This document shows, in pieces, positions 26,408-43,773 of a stretch of DNA of 64,000 bases (its first letter is position 1; every line of letters starts with the position of its first letter). The notes beneath the pieces were generated by a model. The model was not told the origin of the DNA. It did no database searches and saw nothing but the letters and a program-made list of their open reading frames with translations. Source of the stretch: Escherichia coli. Its GTDB lineage: Bacteria; Pseudomonadota; Gammaproteobacteria; Enterobacterales; Enterobacteriaceae. The DNA is taken from assembly GCF_041886205.1 (NCBI RefSeq), contig NZ_CP169029.1, one strand, 5' to 3'. The position numbers were made by a program, and so were the translations under genes.

Positions 26408-26443
26408 AAAAACCGCTGCTTCAAACAGATGAGGCAGCGGTTT
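26406..26443. terminator. candidate bidirectional terminator between convergent yecJ and ftnB
   Basis: A tract, then CCGCTGCTTC/GAGGCAGCGG stem (one mismatch), then TTT. Confidence 0.5.
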
Positions 26444-26485
26444 CTCAAAACCTTCATCGGCGCAATGCATTAGCGCCGATGATGA

Positions 26486-26989
26486 TCAATGCAGCTGGTG
26501 TGACACGACATTCAGAACATGTTGGTCGGTCTGCACAGGGCACATACCCGCAAGTTTCGCACTGCGCACTTCATCAAGAATGGTTTGCAGCAACAGACCA
26601 TCATGCTGCTGTTCTTTTTCCAGATCGCGCAGGAAATTGACGGTTGAATCATCATTCAGTTCTTTCGCTTCATCGGCTAACTGTGCCAACGTACTAGAAC
26701 GTTGCTCGTATTCTTCCATCGTTTTTTGGAACAGTTCTTCCAGAGAGTTCAGTTTTTCACCGGGAACATCAATGGCTTTAACGATGGGGGTAGCGCCGAC
26801 ACTCTTCATAAAGTTAAACATGCGCATCATTTGGGTCACATTACTCTGTGCCTGGGCGCGAAGGAAAGTGGCGGTGCCGTTCAGACTCTGTTCAGAACAC
26901 CAGTTACTCAGGTGAAGGTAGAGATTGGATGCGTAAAACTCGCGGTTCATTTGAGAGTTGAGTTTGAGAAGCATTCCAGCGGTTGCCAT
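26486..26989 (-). CDS. ftnB: ferritin-like protein FtnB
   Basis: 167-aa ORF paralogous to FtnA. Confidence 0.88.
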   Translation of the reverse strand: MATAGMLLKLNSQMNREFYASNLYLHLSNWCSEQSLNGTATFLRAQAQSNVTQMMRMFNFMKSVGATPIVKAIDVPGEKLNSLEELFQKTMEEYEQRSSTLAQLADEAKELNDDSTVNFLRDLEKEQQHDGLLLQTILDEVRSAKLAGMCPVQTDQHVLNVVSHQLH

Positions 26990-27179
26990 ACCTAATATCC
27001 TTATATCCAGAAGTGGAGAGGTGCAAGATAAATCAAAACACCATAATTACTGTTTGCAGAATAATTCCTTTCTGCCGGTCCGAAATGTGATCGTGGAGTC
27101 AATTCTGACGATGATCTGAAATAAGAATAACGTCTGAACGGGTATAAGAAAATGCTTAAATCATCAAGTTTATATATTT

Positions 27180-27207
27180 TTACATTTCATTGATGAAATC
27201 AATGTAA
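27180..27207. repeat. 28-bp dyad-symmetric element in the ftnB-araF intergenic region
   Basis: TTACATT-N14-AATGTAA with perfect 7-bp arms; about 190 bp upstream of the ftnB start on the minus strand. Confidence 0.4.
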
Positions 27208-27785
27208 CTGCAATGAATTTTAATGATAGTGCTTTTTGTATCTTGTTGATATTAATCAATGAATTTGAATTCATGATGAAGTGATGATTTTATAAAACGT
27301 TTTTTCATTTTTGCGAGATGGCTCTCATTATACGTGTTCTGTTAATTAATGAGCACAGTGATAATTAATGACGAAATGAATGACGTGCATTTTCCACATC
27401 TTTGAGTTGCGGTTATTACACCATTTCAAAAACTCAACGCCAGGTAATGCGGCCTATTGACTGGTTAAAAAGAAGACATCCCGCATGGGTACCAAAGACA
27501 ACAAGGATTTCCAGGCTAATCTTATGGATTAATCTGCTGTGCATTCGACAATTTGTCTGACAAATTGGCTTTCCCTTATGTCTTTTCCCGCTAAATTTAT
27601 GCACGTTCTCACTGTAATTCTGCGATGTGATATTGCTCTCCTATGGAGAATTAATTTCTCGCTAAAACTATGTCAACACAGTCACTTATCTTTTAGTTAA
27701 AAGGTAATGCTTTGTTTTCCGATTAATTTAACGAATGTCATTCGTTTTTGCCCTACACAAAACGACACTAAAGCTGGAGAGAACC

Positions 27786-28775
27786 ATGCACAAATTTACT
27801 AAAGCCCTGGCAGCCATTGGTCTGGCAGCCGTTATGTCACAATCCGCTATGGCGGAGAACCTGAAGCTCGGTTTTCTGGTGAAGCAACCGGAAGAGCCGT
27901 GGTTCCAGACCGAATGGAAGTTTGCCGATAAAGCCGGGAAGGATTTAGGGTTTGAGGTTATTAAGATTGCCGTGCCGGATGGCGAAAAAACATTGAACGC
28001 GATCGACAGCCTGGCTGCCAGTGGCGCAAAAGGTTTCGTTATTTGTACTCCGGACCCCAAACTCGGCTCTGCCATCGTCGCGAAAGCGCGTGGCTACGAT
28101 ATGAAAGTCATTGCCGTGGATGACCAGTTTGTTAACGCCAAAGGTAAGCCAATGGATACCGTTCCGCTGGTGATGATGGCGGCGACTAAAATTGGCGAAC
28201 GTCAGGGCCAGGAACTGTATAAAGAGATGCAGAAACGTGGCTGGGATGTCAAAGAAAGCGCGGTGATGGCGATTACCGCCAACGAACTGGATACCGCCCG
28301 CCGCCGTACTACGGGATCTATGGATGCGCTGAAAGCGGCCGGATTCCCGGAAAAACAAATTTATCAGGTACCTACCAAATCTAACGACATCCCGGGGGCA
28401 TTTGACGCTGCCAACTCAATGCTGGTTCAACATCCGGAAGTTAAACATTGGCTGATCGTCGGTATGAACGACAGCACCGTGCTGGGCGGCGTACGCGCGA
28501 CGGAAGGTCAGGGCTTTAAAGCGGCCGATATCATCGGCATTGGCATTAACGGTGTGGATGCGGTGAGCGAACTGTCTAAAGCACAGGCAACCGGCTTCTA
28601 CGGTTCCCTGCTGCCAAGCCCGGACGTACATGGCTATAAATCCAGCGAAATGCTTTACAACTGGGTAGCAAAAGACGTTGAACCGCCAAAATTTACCGAA
28701 GTTACCGACGTGGTACTGATCACGCGTGACAACTTTAAAGAAGAACTGGAGAAAAAAGGTTTAGGCGGTAAGTAA
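27786..28775 (+). CDS. araF: L-arabinose-binding periplasmic protein AraF
   Basis: ORF 27735-28775; start at 27786 (MHKFTKALAAIGLAAVMSQSAMA signal) giving 329 aa. Confidence 0.93.
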   Translation: MHKFTKALAAIGLAAVMSQSAMAENLKLGFLVKQPEEPWFQTEWKFADKAGKDLGFEVIKIAVPDGEKTLNAIDSLAASGAKGFVICTPDPKLGSAIVAKARGYDMKVIAVDDQFVNAKGKPMDTVPLVMMAATKIGERQGQELYKEMQKRGWDVKESAVMAITANELDTARRRTTGSMDALKAAGFPEKQIYQVPTKSNDIPGAFDAANSMLVQHPEVKHWLIVGMNDSTVLGGVRATEGQGFKAADIIGIGINGVDAVSELSKAQATGFYGSLLPSPDVHGYKSSEMLYNWVAKDVEPPKFTEVTDVVLITRDNFKEELEKKGLGGK

Positions 28776-28844
28776 TTTGCCGGAAAAATTCCCCTCTGCA
28801 TGATGCAGAGGGGGTGTGAACGACCAGTGATTCACGGAGACGTT

Positions 28845-30359
28845 ATGCAACAGTCTACCCCGTATCTCTCATTTCGCGGCATCGGTAAAACGTTTCCCGG
28901 CGTTAAGGCGCTGACGGATATTAGTTTTGACTGCTATGCCGGTCAGGTTCATGCGTTGATGGGTGAAAATGGCGCAGGAAAATCAACTCTCTTAAAAATC
29001 CTCAGCGGCAACTATGCGCCAACCACGGGTTCTGTAGTGATTAATGGGCAGGAAATGTCCTTTTCCGACACGACCGCAGCACTTAACGCGGGCGTAGCGA
29101 TTATTTACCAGGAACTGCATCTCGTGCCGGAAATGACCGTCGCGGAAAACATCTATCTCGGCCAGCTGCCGCATAAAGGCGGCATTGTGAATCGCTCATT
29201 GCTGAATTATGAGGCGGGTTTACAACTTAAACATCTTGGTATGGATATTGACCCGGACACGCCGCTGAAATATCTCTCCATTGGTCAGTGGCAGATGGTT
29301 GAAATCGCCAAAGCGCTGGCGCGTAACGCCAAAATTATCGCCTTTGATGAGCCAACCAGCTCCCTCTCTGCCCGTGAAATCGACAATCTTTTCCGCGTTA
29401 TTCGTGAACTGCGAAAAGAGGGGCGGGTAATCTTATACGTTTCTCACCGTATGGAAGAAATATTTGCCCTCAGCGATGCCATTACTGTCTTTAAAGATGG
29501 ACGTTATGTCAAAACCTTTACCGATATGCAGCAGGTTGACCACGACGCGCTGGTGCAGGCGATGGTCGGGCGCGACATTGGCGATATCTACGGCTGGCAA
29601 CCGCGTAGTTATGGCGAGGAGCGCCTACGTCTTGATGCTGTGAAAGCACCAGGCGTGCGTACGCCAATAAGTCTGGCGGTTCGCAGTGGTGAAATTGTTG
29701 GGCTGTTTGGTCTGGTAGGGGCGGGGCGTAGCGAATTAATGAAAGGCATGTTTGGCGGGACGCAAATCACCGCCGGTCAGGTTTATATCGACCAACAGCC
29801 GATCGATATTCGTAAACCGAGCCACGCCATTGCCGCAGGCATGATGCTCTGCCCGGAAGATCGCAAAGCGGAAGGCATTATTCCCGTGCACTCCGTTCGC
29901 GACAATATCAACATCAGTGCCAGACGTAAACATGTGCTCGGCGGTTGTGTAATCAACAACGGTTGGGAAGAAAACAATGCCGATCACCACATTCGTTCGC
30001 TCAACATCAAAACGCCGGGCGCGGAGCAACTGATCATGAATCTCTCAGGCGGAAATCAGCAAAAAGCCATTCTGGGCCGCTGGTTATCGGAAGAGATGAA
30101 GGTCATTTTGCTGGATGAACCTACGCGCGGCATTGATGTTGGCGCTAAGCACGAAATATATAACGTAATTTATGCGCTGGCGGCGCAGGGCGTGGCGGTG
30201 CTGTTTGCCTCCAGCGACTTACCTGAAGTCCTCGGCGTTGCCGACCGGATTGTGGTGATGCGGGAAGGTGAAATCGCCGGTGAATTGTTACACGAGCAGG
30301 CAGATGAGCGTCAGGCACTGAGCCTTGCGATGCCTAAAGTCAGCCAGGCTGTTGCCTGA
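28845..30359 (+). CDS. araG: L-arabinose ABC transporter ATP-binding protein AraG
   Basis: ORF 28800-30359; start at 28845 ([17 protein letters not shown]...) giving 504 aa; duplicated ABC ATPase domains. Confidence 0.93.
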
Positions 30360-30370
30360 GTAAGGAGAGT

Positions 30371-33726
<3,356 letters not shown>

Positions 33727-33732
33727 GAGCGG

Positions 33733-34161
33733 TTAATCTCCCGTAAGTGGAACTAACAGCACATCGACCTCACTTGAGGCAATAACTCTTTTCGCCGAGC
33801 AGGATGCTCGCGAAAAGAAACTGTGATTGTGATTACCGCAAATCACCAAATCGAAATGATGCTTGTGACATACTTCCAGAATATGTTCGCTTAACTCACC
33901 GTAGGCAATAAACGTCTTGTCAACGGGATACCCCGCATCCTGAATTAACTTATCAAGAAAGCTTTGCGTTTCTTCCTGCATCACGCTGCGTAAATCTTCA
34001 AGCATCGGCGCAGCTAATTGATTGTACATTTCCGGGTCGGAAGCGAGAGTAATTAAACTGATGTGTCCCTTTACTGGCCTGGCGATAGATACCGCTTTTG
34101 CCAGCAGTTGCTGACTTTCCGGTGTAACCGCAACAGCGACAAGAATATTGCTATAGCTCAT
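33733..34161 (-). CDS. uspC: universal stress protein UspC
   Basis: 142-aa ORF (MSYSNILVAVAVTPESQQLL...), Usp fold; synteny upstream of flhDC. Confidence 0.88.
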   Translation of the reverse strand: MSYSNILVAVAVTPESQQLLAKAVSIARPVKGHISLITLASDPEMYNQLAAPMLEDLRSVMQEETQSFLDKLIQDAGYPVDKTFIAYGELSEHILEVCHKHHFDLVICGNHNHSFFSRASCSAKRVIASSEVDVLLVPLTGD

Positions 34162-34940
34162 AACCTGTTCCTTATTCTGTGAACTTCAGGTGACATTAAA
34201 GCTTTACTCCTAATGGAGAAACGACGCAATCCCAACTCGGTCAAACAGGTAAATATTAGTCTGATTATTAGTAAAGACAATTAATCAATCACTCCCGGTG
34301 ATCATATAATTTCAAATGTAATTATAAGAAAATAGTGTACTGATTCTCCGCATTAAACAAGTGGTTAATATATGTAAAACATTTCATTAATATTAAGTTG
34401 ATTGTTGCCTTTCTTTGTATTTAATTAGTTTGTTGTGCGGTAAGTGTCTGTTTAAAAATAGCTTATCTGGTATTGCATGAAAGTGATTATTTATAGCAGA
34501 TGATTATTTACGGTGAGTTATTTTGACTGTGCGCAACATCCCATTTCGATTATTCCTGTTTCATTTTTGCTTGCTAGCGTAGCGAAAAACTTTTTAACAG
34601 ATTGAAATACACCCAAAACAAAAGTATGACTTATACATTTATGTTAAGTAATTGAGTGTTTTGTGTGATCTGCATCACACATTATTGAAAATCGCAGCCC
34701 CCCTCCGTTGTATGTGCGTGTAGTGACGAGTACAGTTGCGTCGATTTAGGAAAAATCTTAGATAAGTGTAAAGAACCATTTCTATTTGTAAGGACATATT
34801 AAACCAAAAAGGTGGTTCTGCTTATTGCAGCTTATCGCAACTATTCTAATGCTAATTATTTTTTACCGGGGCTTCCCGGCGACATCACGGGGTGCGGTGA
34901 AACCGCATAAAAATAAAGTTGGTTATTCTGGGTGGGAATA
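34162..34940 (+). promoter_or_regulatory. flhDC upstream regulatory region and 5' leader (class 1 flagellar promoter)
   Basis: 779-bp AT-rich non-coding region before flhD; no IS element present; individual operator sites not resolved here. Confidence 0.6.
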
Positions 34941-35291
34941 ATGCATACCTCCGAGTTGCTGAAACACATTTATGACATCAACTTGTCATATTTACTACTT
35001 GCACAGCGTTTGATTGTTCAGGACAAAGCGTCCGCTATGTTTCGTCTCGGCATAAATGAAGAAATGGCGACAACGTTAGCGGCACTGACTCTTCCGCAAA
35101 TGGTTAAGCTGGCAGAAACCAATCAACTGGTTTGTCACTTCCGTTTTGACAGCCACCAGACGATTACTCAGTTGACGCAAGATTCCCGCGTTGACGATCT
35201 CCAGCAAATTCATACCGGCATCATGCTCTCAACACGCTTGCTGAATGATGTTAATCAGCCTGAAGAAGCGCTGCGCAAGAAAAGGGCCTGA
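34941..35291 (+). CDS. flhD: flagellar master regulator subunit FlhD
   Basis: Start at ATG 34941 ([24 protein letters not shown]...) giving 116 aa; the ORF-track start 9 nt upstream is a GTG extension. Confidence 0.93.
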
Positions 35292-35293
35292 TC

Positions 35294-35872
35294 ATGAGTG
35301 AAAAAAGCATTGTTCAGGAAGCGCGGGATATTCAGCTGGCAATGGAATTGATCACCCTGGGCGCTCGTTTGCAGATGCTGGAAAGCGAAACACAGTTAAG
35401 TCGCGGACGCCTGATAAAACTTTATAAAGAACTGCGCGGAAGCCCACCGCCGAAAGGCATGCTGCCATTCTCAACCGACTGGTTTATGACCTGGGAACAA
35501 AACGTTCATGCTTCGATGTTCTGTAATGCATGGCAGTTTTTACTGAAAACCGGTTTGTGTAATGGCGTCGATGCGGTGATCAAAGCCTACCGTTTATACC
35601 TTGAACAGTGCCCACAAGCAGAAGAAGGACCACTGCTGGCATTAACCCGTGCCTGGACATTGGTGCGGTTTGTTGAAAGTGGATTACTGCAACTTTCCAG
35701 CTGCAACTGCTGCGGCGGCAATTTTATTACCCACGCTCACCAGCCTGTTGGCAGCTTTGCCTGCAGCTTATGTCAACCGCCATCCCGGGCAGTAAAAAGA
35801 CGTAAACTTTCCCAGAATCCTGCCGATATTATCCCACAACTGCTGGATGAACAGAGAGTACAGGCTGTTTAA
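35294..35872 (+). CDS. flhC: flagellar master regulator subunit FlhC
   Basis: 192-aa ORF with C-terminal zinc-binding cysteine cluster. Confidence 0.95.
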
Positions 35873-35898
35873 CTGATACGGTGAGGCGCAACATTCCA

Positions 35899-35930
35899 GC
35901 AGCGGTAACGACGTACCGCTGCTTTTTTTT
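35899..35930 (+). terminator. rho-independent terminator after flhC
   Basis: GCAGCGGTA/TACCGCTGC 9-bp stem followed by T8. Confidence 0.7.
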
Positions 35931-35998
35931 GCCCCAATCGCGCGTTAACGCCTGACGACTGAACATCCTGTCATGGTCAACAGTGGAAGGATGATGTC

Positions 35999-36882
35999 GT
36001 GCTTATCTTATTAGGTTACCTGGTTGTTCTCGGTACAGTTTTCGGCGGTTATTTGATGACCGGTGGAAGCCTTGGAGCACTCTATCAACCCGCTGAACTG
36101 GTGATTATTGCCGGTGCAGGGATTGGGTCGTTTATCGTCGGCAATAATGGCAAAGCGATTAAAGGCACGCTGAAGGCGCTGCCGTTGCTGTTTCGTCGCT
36201 CCAAATACACCAAAGCAATGTATATGGATCTGCTGGCTCTGCTTTATCGGTTGATGGCGAAATCGCGGCAGATGGGGATGTTTTCGCTGGAACGTGATAT
36301 TGAAAATCCCCGTGAGAGCGAGATCTTCGCCAGCTACCCACGCATCCTCGCGGATAGCGTCATGCTTGATTTTATCGTCGATTATCTGCGTCTGATTATC
36401 AGCGGTCATATGAACACCTTCGAAATCGAAGCCCTGATGGATGAAGAGATTGAGACGCACGAAAGCGAGGCAGAAGTCCCGGCGAACAGTCTGGCGCTGG
36501 TCGGGGACTCACTTCCGGCGTTTGGTATTGTCGCGGCTGTAATGGGGGTCGTTCACGCGTTAGGTTCAGCCGATCGTCCTGCCGCCGAGCTGGGTGCGCT
36601 TATCGCACATGCGATGGTGGGGACTTTCCTCGGCATTTTATTGGCTTACGGATTTATTTCCCCATTAGCGAGTGTTTTACGTCAGAAAAGCGCCGAAACC
36701 AGCAAAATGATGCAGTGCGTCAAAGTCACTCTGCTTTCTAATCTGAACGGTTACGCACCGCCTATCGCCGTTGAGTTTGGTCGCAAAACGCTCTATTCCA
36801 GCGAACGTCCGTCGTTTATTGAACTGGAAGAGCATGTGCGTGCGGTGAAAAATCCGCAACAACAGACGACAACCGAGGAAGC

Positions 36883-36886
<4 letters not shown>
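35999..36886 (+). CDS. motA: flagellar motor stator protein MotA
   Basis: 295-aa ORF with GTG start; 4-nt overlap with motB. Confidence 0.95.
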
Positions 36887-39778
<2,892 letters not shown>

Positions 39779-39798
39779 ATGAGTAAAAAGGTAACAAT

Positions 39799-40302
39799 AT
39801 GACCGGTATGACGAATGTAACAAAGCTGGCCAGCGAGCCGTCAGGCCAGGAATTTCTGGTATTTACCCTTGGTGATGAAGAGTACGGTATTGATATCCTG
39901 AAAGTGCAGGAGATCCGTGGCTACGATCAGGTAACACGGATTGCGAACACGCCAGCGTTTATCAAAGGCGTCACGAATCTGCGCGGCGTTATTGTGCCGA
40001 TTGTTGACTTGCGAATTAAGTTCAGCCAGGTGGATGTGGACTATAACGACAACACGGTAGTTATCGTCCTGAATCTCGGACAGCGGGTGGTCGGCATCGT
40101 GGTTGACGGCGTTTCAGACGTGCTTTCATTGACGGCGGAGCAAATTCGTCCGGCACCAGAGTTTGCCGTGACGCTTTCAACAGAATATCTCACTGGACTG
40201 GGCGCACTGGGCGACCGGATGTTGATTCTGGTGAACATCGAAAAACTGCTGAACAGCGAAGAGATGGCGCTGTTAGATAGCGCGGCGTCAGAAGTGGCGT
40301 AA
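39799..40302 (+). CDS. cheW: chemotaxis coupling protein CheW
   Basis: 167-aa ORF recognised as CheW. Confidence 0.95.
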
Positions 40303-40330
40303 TTCTCCCGATTTCCTCAATTGAAATGAA

Positions 40331-40358
40331 CCCGATGATCTGCGCATCGGGTTTTTTA
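40331..40358 (+). terminator. rho-independent terminator after cheW
   Basis: CCCGATG-ATCTGCG-CATCGGG hairpin followed by T6. Confidence 0.7.
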
Positions 40359-40388
40359 TTTCAATTTCGCGGCGGGTGGCATCAGCAA

Positions 40389-40415
40389 TAAAGTTTCCCC
40401 CCTTCTTGCCGATAA
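40389..40415 (+). promoter_or_regulatory. sigma28 (FliA) class 3 promoter of tar-tap-cheRBYZ
   Basis: Exact consensus TAAAGTTT-N11-GCCGATAA. Confidence 0.8.
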
Positions 40416-40446
40416 CGAGATCAACTTGTTTTCAGGAAGGTGCCTT

Positions 40447-42108
40447 ATGATTAACCGTATCCGCGTAGTCACGCTGTTGGTAATGGTGCTGGGGGTATTC
40501 GCACTGTTACAGCTTATTTCCGGCAGTCTGTTTTTTTCTTCCCTTCACCATAGCCAGAAGAGCTTTGTGGTTTCCAATCAATTGCGGGAACAGCAGGGCG
40601 AGCTGACGTCAACCTGGGATTTAATGCTGCAAACGCGCATTAACCTGAGTCGTTCAGCGGTGCGGATGATGATGGATTCCTCCAATCAACAAAGTAACGC
40701 CAAAGTTGAATTGCTCGATAGCGCCAGGAAAACATTGGCGCAGGCAGCGACGCATTATAAAAAATTCAAAAGCATGGCACCGTTACCTGAAATGGTCGCT
40801 ACCAGTCGTAATATTGATGAAAAATATAAAAACTATTACACAGCGTTAACTGAACTGATTGATTATCTTGATTATGGCAATACTGGAGCTTATTTCGCTC
40901 AGCCAACCCAGGGAATGCAAAATGCAATGGGCGAAGCGTTTGCTCAGTACGCCCTCAGCAGTGAAAAACTGTATCGCGATATCGTCACTGACAACGCAGA
41001 TGATTACCGATTTGCGCAGTGGCAACTGGCGATTATCGCGCTGGTGGTGGTATTGATTCTGCTGGTGGCGTGGTACGGCATTCGCCGTATGTTGCTTACT
41101 CCGCTGGCAAAAATTATTGCTCACATTCGCGAAATCGCCGGTGGTAACCTGGCGAATACCCTGACCATTGACGGGCGCAGTGAAATGGGCGACCTGGCGC
41201 AGAGCGTTTCACATATGCAACGCTCTTTGACTGACACCGTCACTCATGTGCGAGAAGGTTCAGATGCCATCTATGCCGGTACCCGTGAAATTGCGGCGGG
41301 CAACACCGATCTTTCCTCCCGTACTGAACAGCAGGCATCCGCGCTGGAAGAAACTGCCGCCAGCATGGAGCAGCTCACCGCGACAGTGAAGCAAAACGCC
41401 GATAACGCCCGCCAGGCCTCGCAACTGGCGCAAAGTGCCTCCGACACCGCCCAGCACGGCGGCAAAGTGGTGGATGGCGTAGTGAAAACGATGCATGAGA
41501 TCGCCGATAGTTCGAAGAAAATTGCCGACATTATCAGCGTTATCGACGGTATTGCCTTCCAGACTAATATCCTCGCGCTGAATGCCGCGGTTGAAGCCGC
41601 GCGTGCGGGTGAACAGGGCCGTGGTTTTGCCGTGGTGGCGGGTGAAGTGCGTAATCTTGCCAGTCGCAGCGCCCAGGCGGCAAAAGAGATCAAAGCCCTC
41701 ATTGAAGACTCCGTCTCACGCGTTGATACCGGTTCGGTGCTGGTCGAAAGCGCCGGGGAAACAATGAACAATATCGTCAATGCTGTCACTCGCGTGACTG
41801 ACATTATGGGCGAGATTGCATCGGCATCGGATGAACAGAGCCGTGGCATCGATCAAGTCGCATTGGCGGTTTCGGAAATGGATCGCGTCACGCAACAGAA
41901 CGCATCGCTGGTGCAGGAATCAGCTGCCGCCGCCGCTGCGCTGGAAGAACAGGCGAGTCGTTTAACGCAAGCGGTTTCCGCGTTCCGTCTGGCAGCCAGC
42001 CCACTCACCAATAAACCGCAAACACCATCCCGTCCTGCCAGTGAGCAACCACCGGCACAGCCACGACTGCGAATTGCTGAACAAGATCCAAACTGGGAAA
42101 CATTTTGA
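40447..42108 (+). CDS. tar: methyl-accepting chemotaxis protein II Tar
   Basis: ORF 40426-42108; start at 40447 ([16 protein letters not shown]...) giving 553 aa; C-terminal NWETF pentapeptide. Confidence 0.95.
   Translation: MINRIRVVTLLVMVLGVFALLQLISGSLFFSSLHHSQKSFVVSNQLREQQGELTSTWDLMLQTRINLSRSAVRMMMDSSNQQSNAKVELLDSARKTLAQAATHYKKFKSMAPLPEMVATSRNIDEKYKNYYTALTELIDYLDYGNTGAYFAQPTQGMQNAMGEAFAQYALSSEKLYRDIVTDNADDYRFAQWQLAIIALVVVLILLVAWYGIRRMLLTPLAKIIAHIREIAGGNLANTLTIDGRSEMGDLAQSVSHMQRSLTDTVTHVREGSDAIYAGTREIAAGNTDLSSRTEQQASALEETAASMEQLTATVKQNADNARQASQLAQSASDTAQHGGKVVDGVVKTMHEIADSSKKIADIISVIDGIAFQTNILALNAAVEAARAGEQGRGFAVVAGEVRNLASRSAQAAKEIKALIEDSVSRVDTGSVLVESAGETMNNIVNAVTRVTDIMGEIASASDEQSRGIDQVALAVSEMDRVTQQNASLVQESAAAAAALEEQASRLTQAVSAFRLAASPLTNKPQTPSRPASEQPPAQPRLRIAEQDPNWETF
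41286..41925 (+). repeat. tar copy of the tar/tap paralogous signalling-domain repeat
   Basis: About 640 bp highly similar to 42988-43620 in tap, with long near-identical runs; source of the mirrored antisense ORFs. Confidence 0.85.
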
Positions 42109-42153
42109 CGAGTATTTACTAACGCGGTCATTGCCGCCTGATGGGGAGCGTTG

Positions 42154-43755
42154 ATGTTTAATCGTATTCGAATTTCGACCACGCTGTTTTTAATTTTGAT
42201 TCTCTGCGGGATCTTGCAGATTGGCAGTAACGGCATGTCTTTTTGGGCATTTCGCGACGATTTGCAACGACTGAATCAGGTCGAGCAGAGCAATCAGCAA
42301 CGTGCGGCATTAGCGCAAACTCGGGCGGTAATGTTACAGGCCAGTACCGCGCTGAACAAAGCGGGCACTCTGACGGCACTTAGCTATCCGGCGGATGACA
42401 TTAAAACGTTGATGACGACGGCGCGCGCCAGTCTGACGCAATCCACCACGCTGTTTAAAAGTTTTATGGCGATGACTGCGGGCAACGAGCACGTCAGGGG
42501 ATTGCAAAAAGAGACGGAGAAAAGTTTTGCCCGCTGGCACAACGATCTCGAACATCAGGCGACCTGGCTTGAAAGTAATCAACTTTCGGATTTCCTCACT
42601 GCGCCGGTGCAGGGATCACAGAATGCGTTTGACGTTAACTTTGAGGCCTGGCAGCTGGAGATCAACCATGTGCTGGAAGCCGCCAGTGCGCAAAGCCAGC
42701 GTAACTATCAGATTTCGGCACTGGTGTTTATCAGCATGATTATTGTTGCGGCGATCTACATCAGCAGTGCGCTGTGGTGGACGCGCAAGATGATTGTTCA
42801 ACCACTGGCCATTATCGGTAGCCATTTTGACAGCATTGCTGCGGGTAATCTGGCGCGTCCGATTGCGGTATATGGTCGTAATGAGATCACCGCCATTTTT
42901 GCCAGTCTGAAGACCATGCAGCAGGCTTTGCGTGGGACGGTAAGTGATGTGCGTAAGGGAAGCCAGGAGATGCACATTGGTATCGCGGAGATTGTCGCAG
43001 GCAATAACGATCTCTCAAGTCGTACCGAACAGCAGGCGGCATCGCTGGCACAAACGGCCGCCAGTATGGAGCAATTAACCGCCACGGTAGGGCAAAACGC
43101 CGATAACGCGCGCCAGGCGTCGGAACTGGCAAGAAATGCCGCGACAACGGCGCAGGCGGGCGGTGTTCAGGTCAGTACCATGACTCACACTATGCAGGAG
43201 ATCGCCACCAGCTCGCAAAAAATTGGCGACATTATCAGCGTTATCGACGGCATTGCTTTCCAGACCAATATTCTGGCCCTGAATGCGGCAGTGGAAGCGG
43301 CTCGCGCCGGAGAGCAGGGGCGTGGTTTTGCGGTAGTGGCAGGTGAAGTGCGCAATCTTGCCAGCCGTAGCGCGCAGGCAGCAAAAGAGATCAAAGGGCT
43401 GATCGAAGAGTCAGTCAATCGTGTCCAGCAGGGTTCGAAACTGGTGAATAACGCCGCCGCGACCATGACCGATATTGTCAGTTCGGTGACCCGCGTGAAC
43501 GACATTATGGGAGAAATTGCTTCGGCGTCTGAAGAACAACAGCGGGGGATTGAGCAGGTTGCACAGGCTGTCAGCCAGATGGATCAGGTGACTCAGCAGA
43601 ACGCCTCGCTGGTAGAAGAAGCGGCGGTGGCAACGGAACAACTGGCGAATCAGGCCGACCATCTTTCGTCGCGTGTGGCGGTATTTACCCTTGAAGAACA
43701 TGAAGTAGCACGACATGAGTCGGCGCAGTTACAAATTGCGCCAGTGGTATCCTGA
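42154..43755 (+). CDS. tap: methyl-accepting chemotaxis protein IV Tap
   Basis: 533-aa ORF (MFNRIRISTTLFLILILCG...); MCP signalling domain; lacks NWETF. Confidence 0.93.
   Translation: MFNRIRISTTLFLILILCGILQIGSNGMSFWAFRDDLQRLNQVEQSNQQRAALAQTRAVMLQASTALNKAGTLTALSYPADDIKTLMTTARASLTQSTTLFKSFMAMTAGNEHVRGLQKETEKSFARWHNDLEHQATWLESNQLSDFLTAPVQGSQNAFDVNFEAWQLEINHVLEAASAQSQRNYQISALVFISMIIVAAIYISSALWWTRKMIVQPLAIIGSHFDSIAAGNLARPIAVYGRNEITAIFASLKTMQQALRGTVSDVRKGSQEMHIGIAEIVAGNNDLSSRTEQQAASLAQTAASMEQLTATVGQNADNARQASELARNAATTAQAGGVQVSTMTHTMQEIATSSQKIGDIISVIDGIAFQTNILALNAAVEAARAGEQGRGFAVVAGEVRNLASRSAQAAKEIKGLIEESVNRVQQGSKLVNNAAATMTDIVSSVTRVNDIMGEIASASEEQQRGIEQVAQAVSQMDQVTQQNASLVEEAAVATEQLANQADHLSSRVAVFTLEEHEVARHESAQLQIAPVVS
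42988..43620 (+). repeat. tap copy of the tar/tap paralogous signalling-domain repeat
   Basis: See 41286-41925. Confidence 0.85.
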
Positions 43756-43773
43756 AGTGATTGAGAAGGCGCT

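Noticed and set aside
35873-35998. sigma28 promoter for motA in the flhC-motA gap
   Set aside because: A class 3 promoter is expected here, but I could not find a TAAAGTTT-N11-GCCGATAA match of acceptable quality by eye; left uncalled pending a position weight matrix scan.
41271-41849. 192-aa minus-strand Ala/Ser-rich ORF, mirrored at 43185-43505
   Set aside because: Both are antisense to the duplicated MCP signalling domains of tar and tap; the pairing is explained by the tar/tap repeat, not by a gene.
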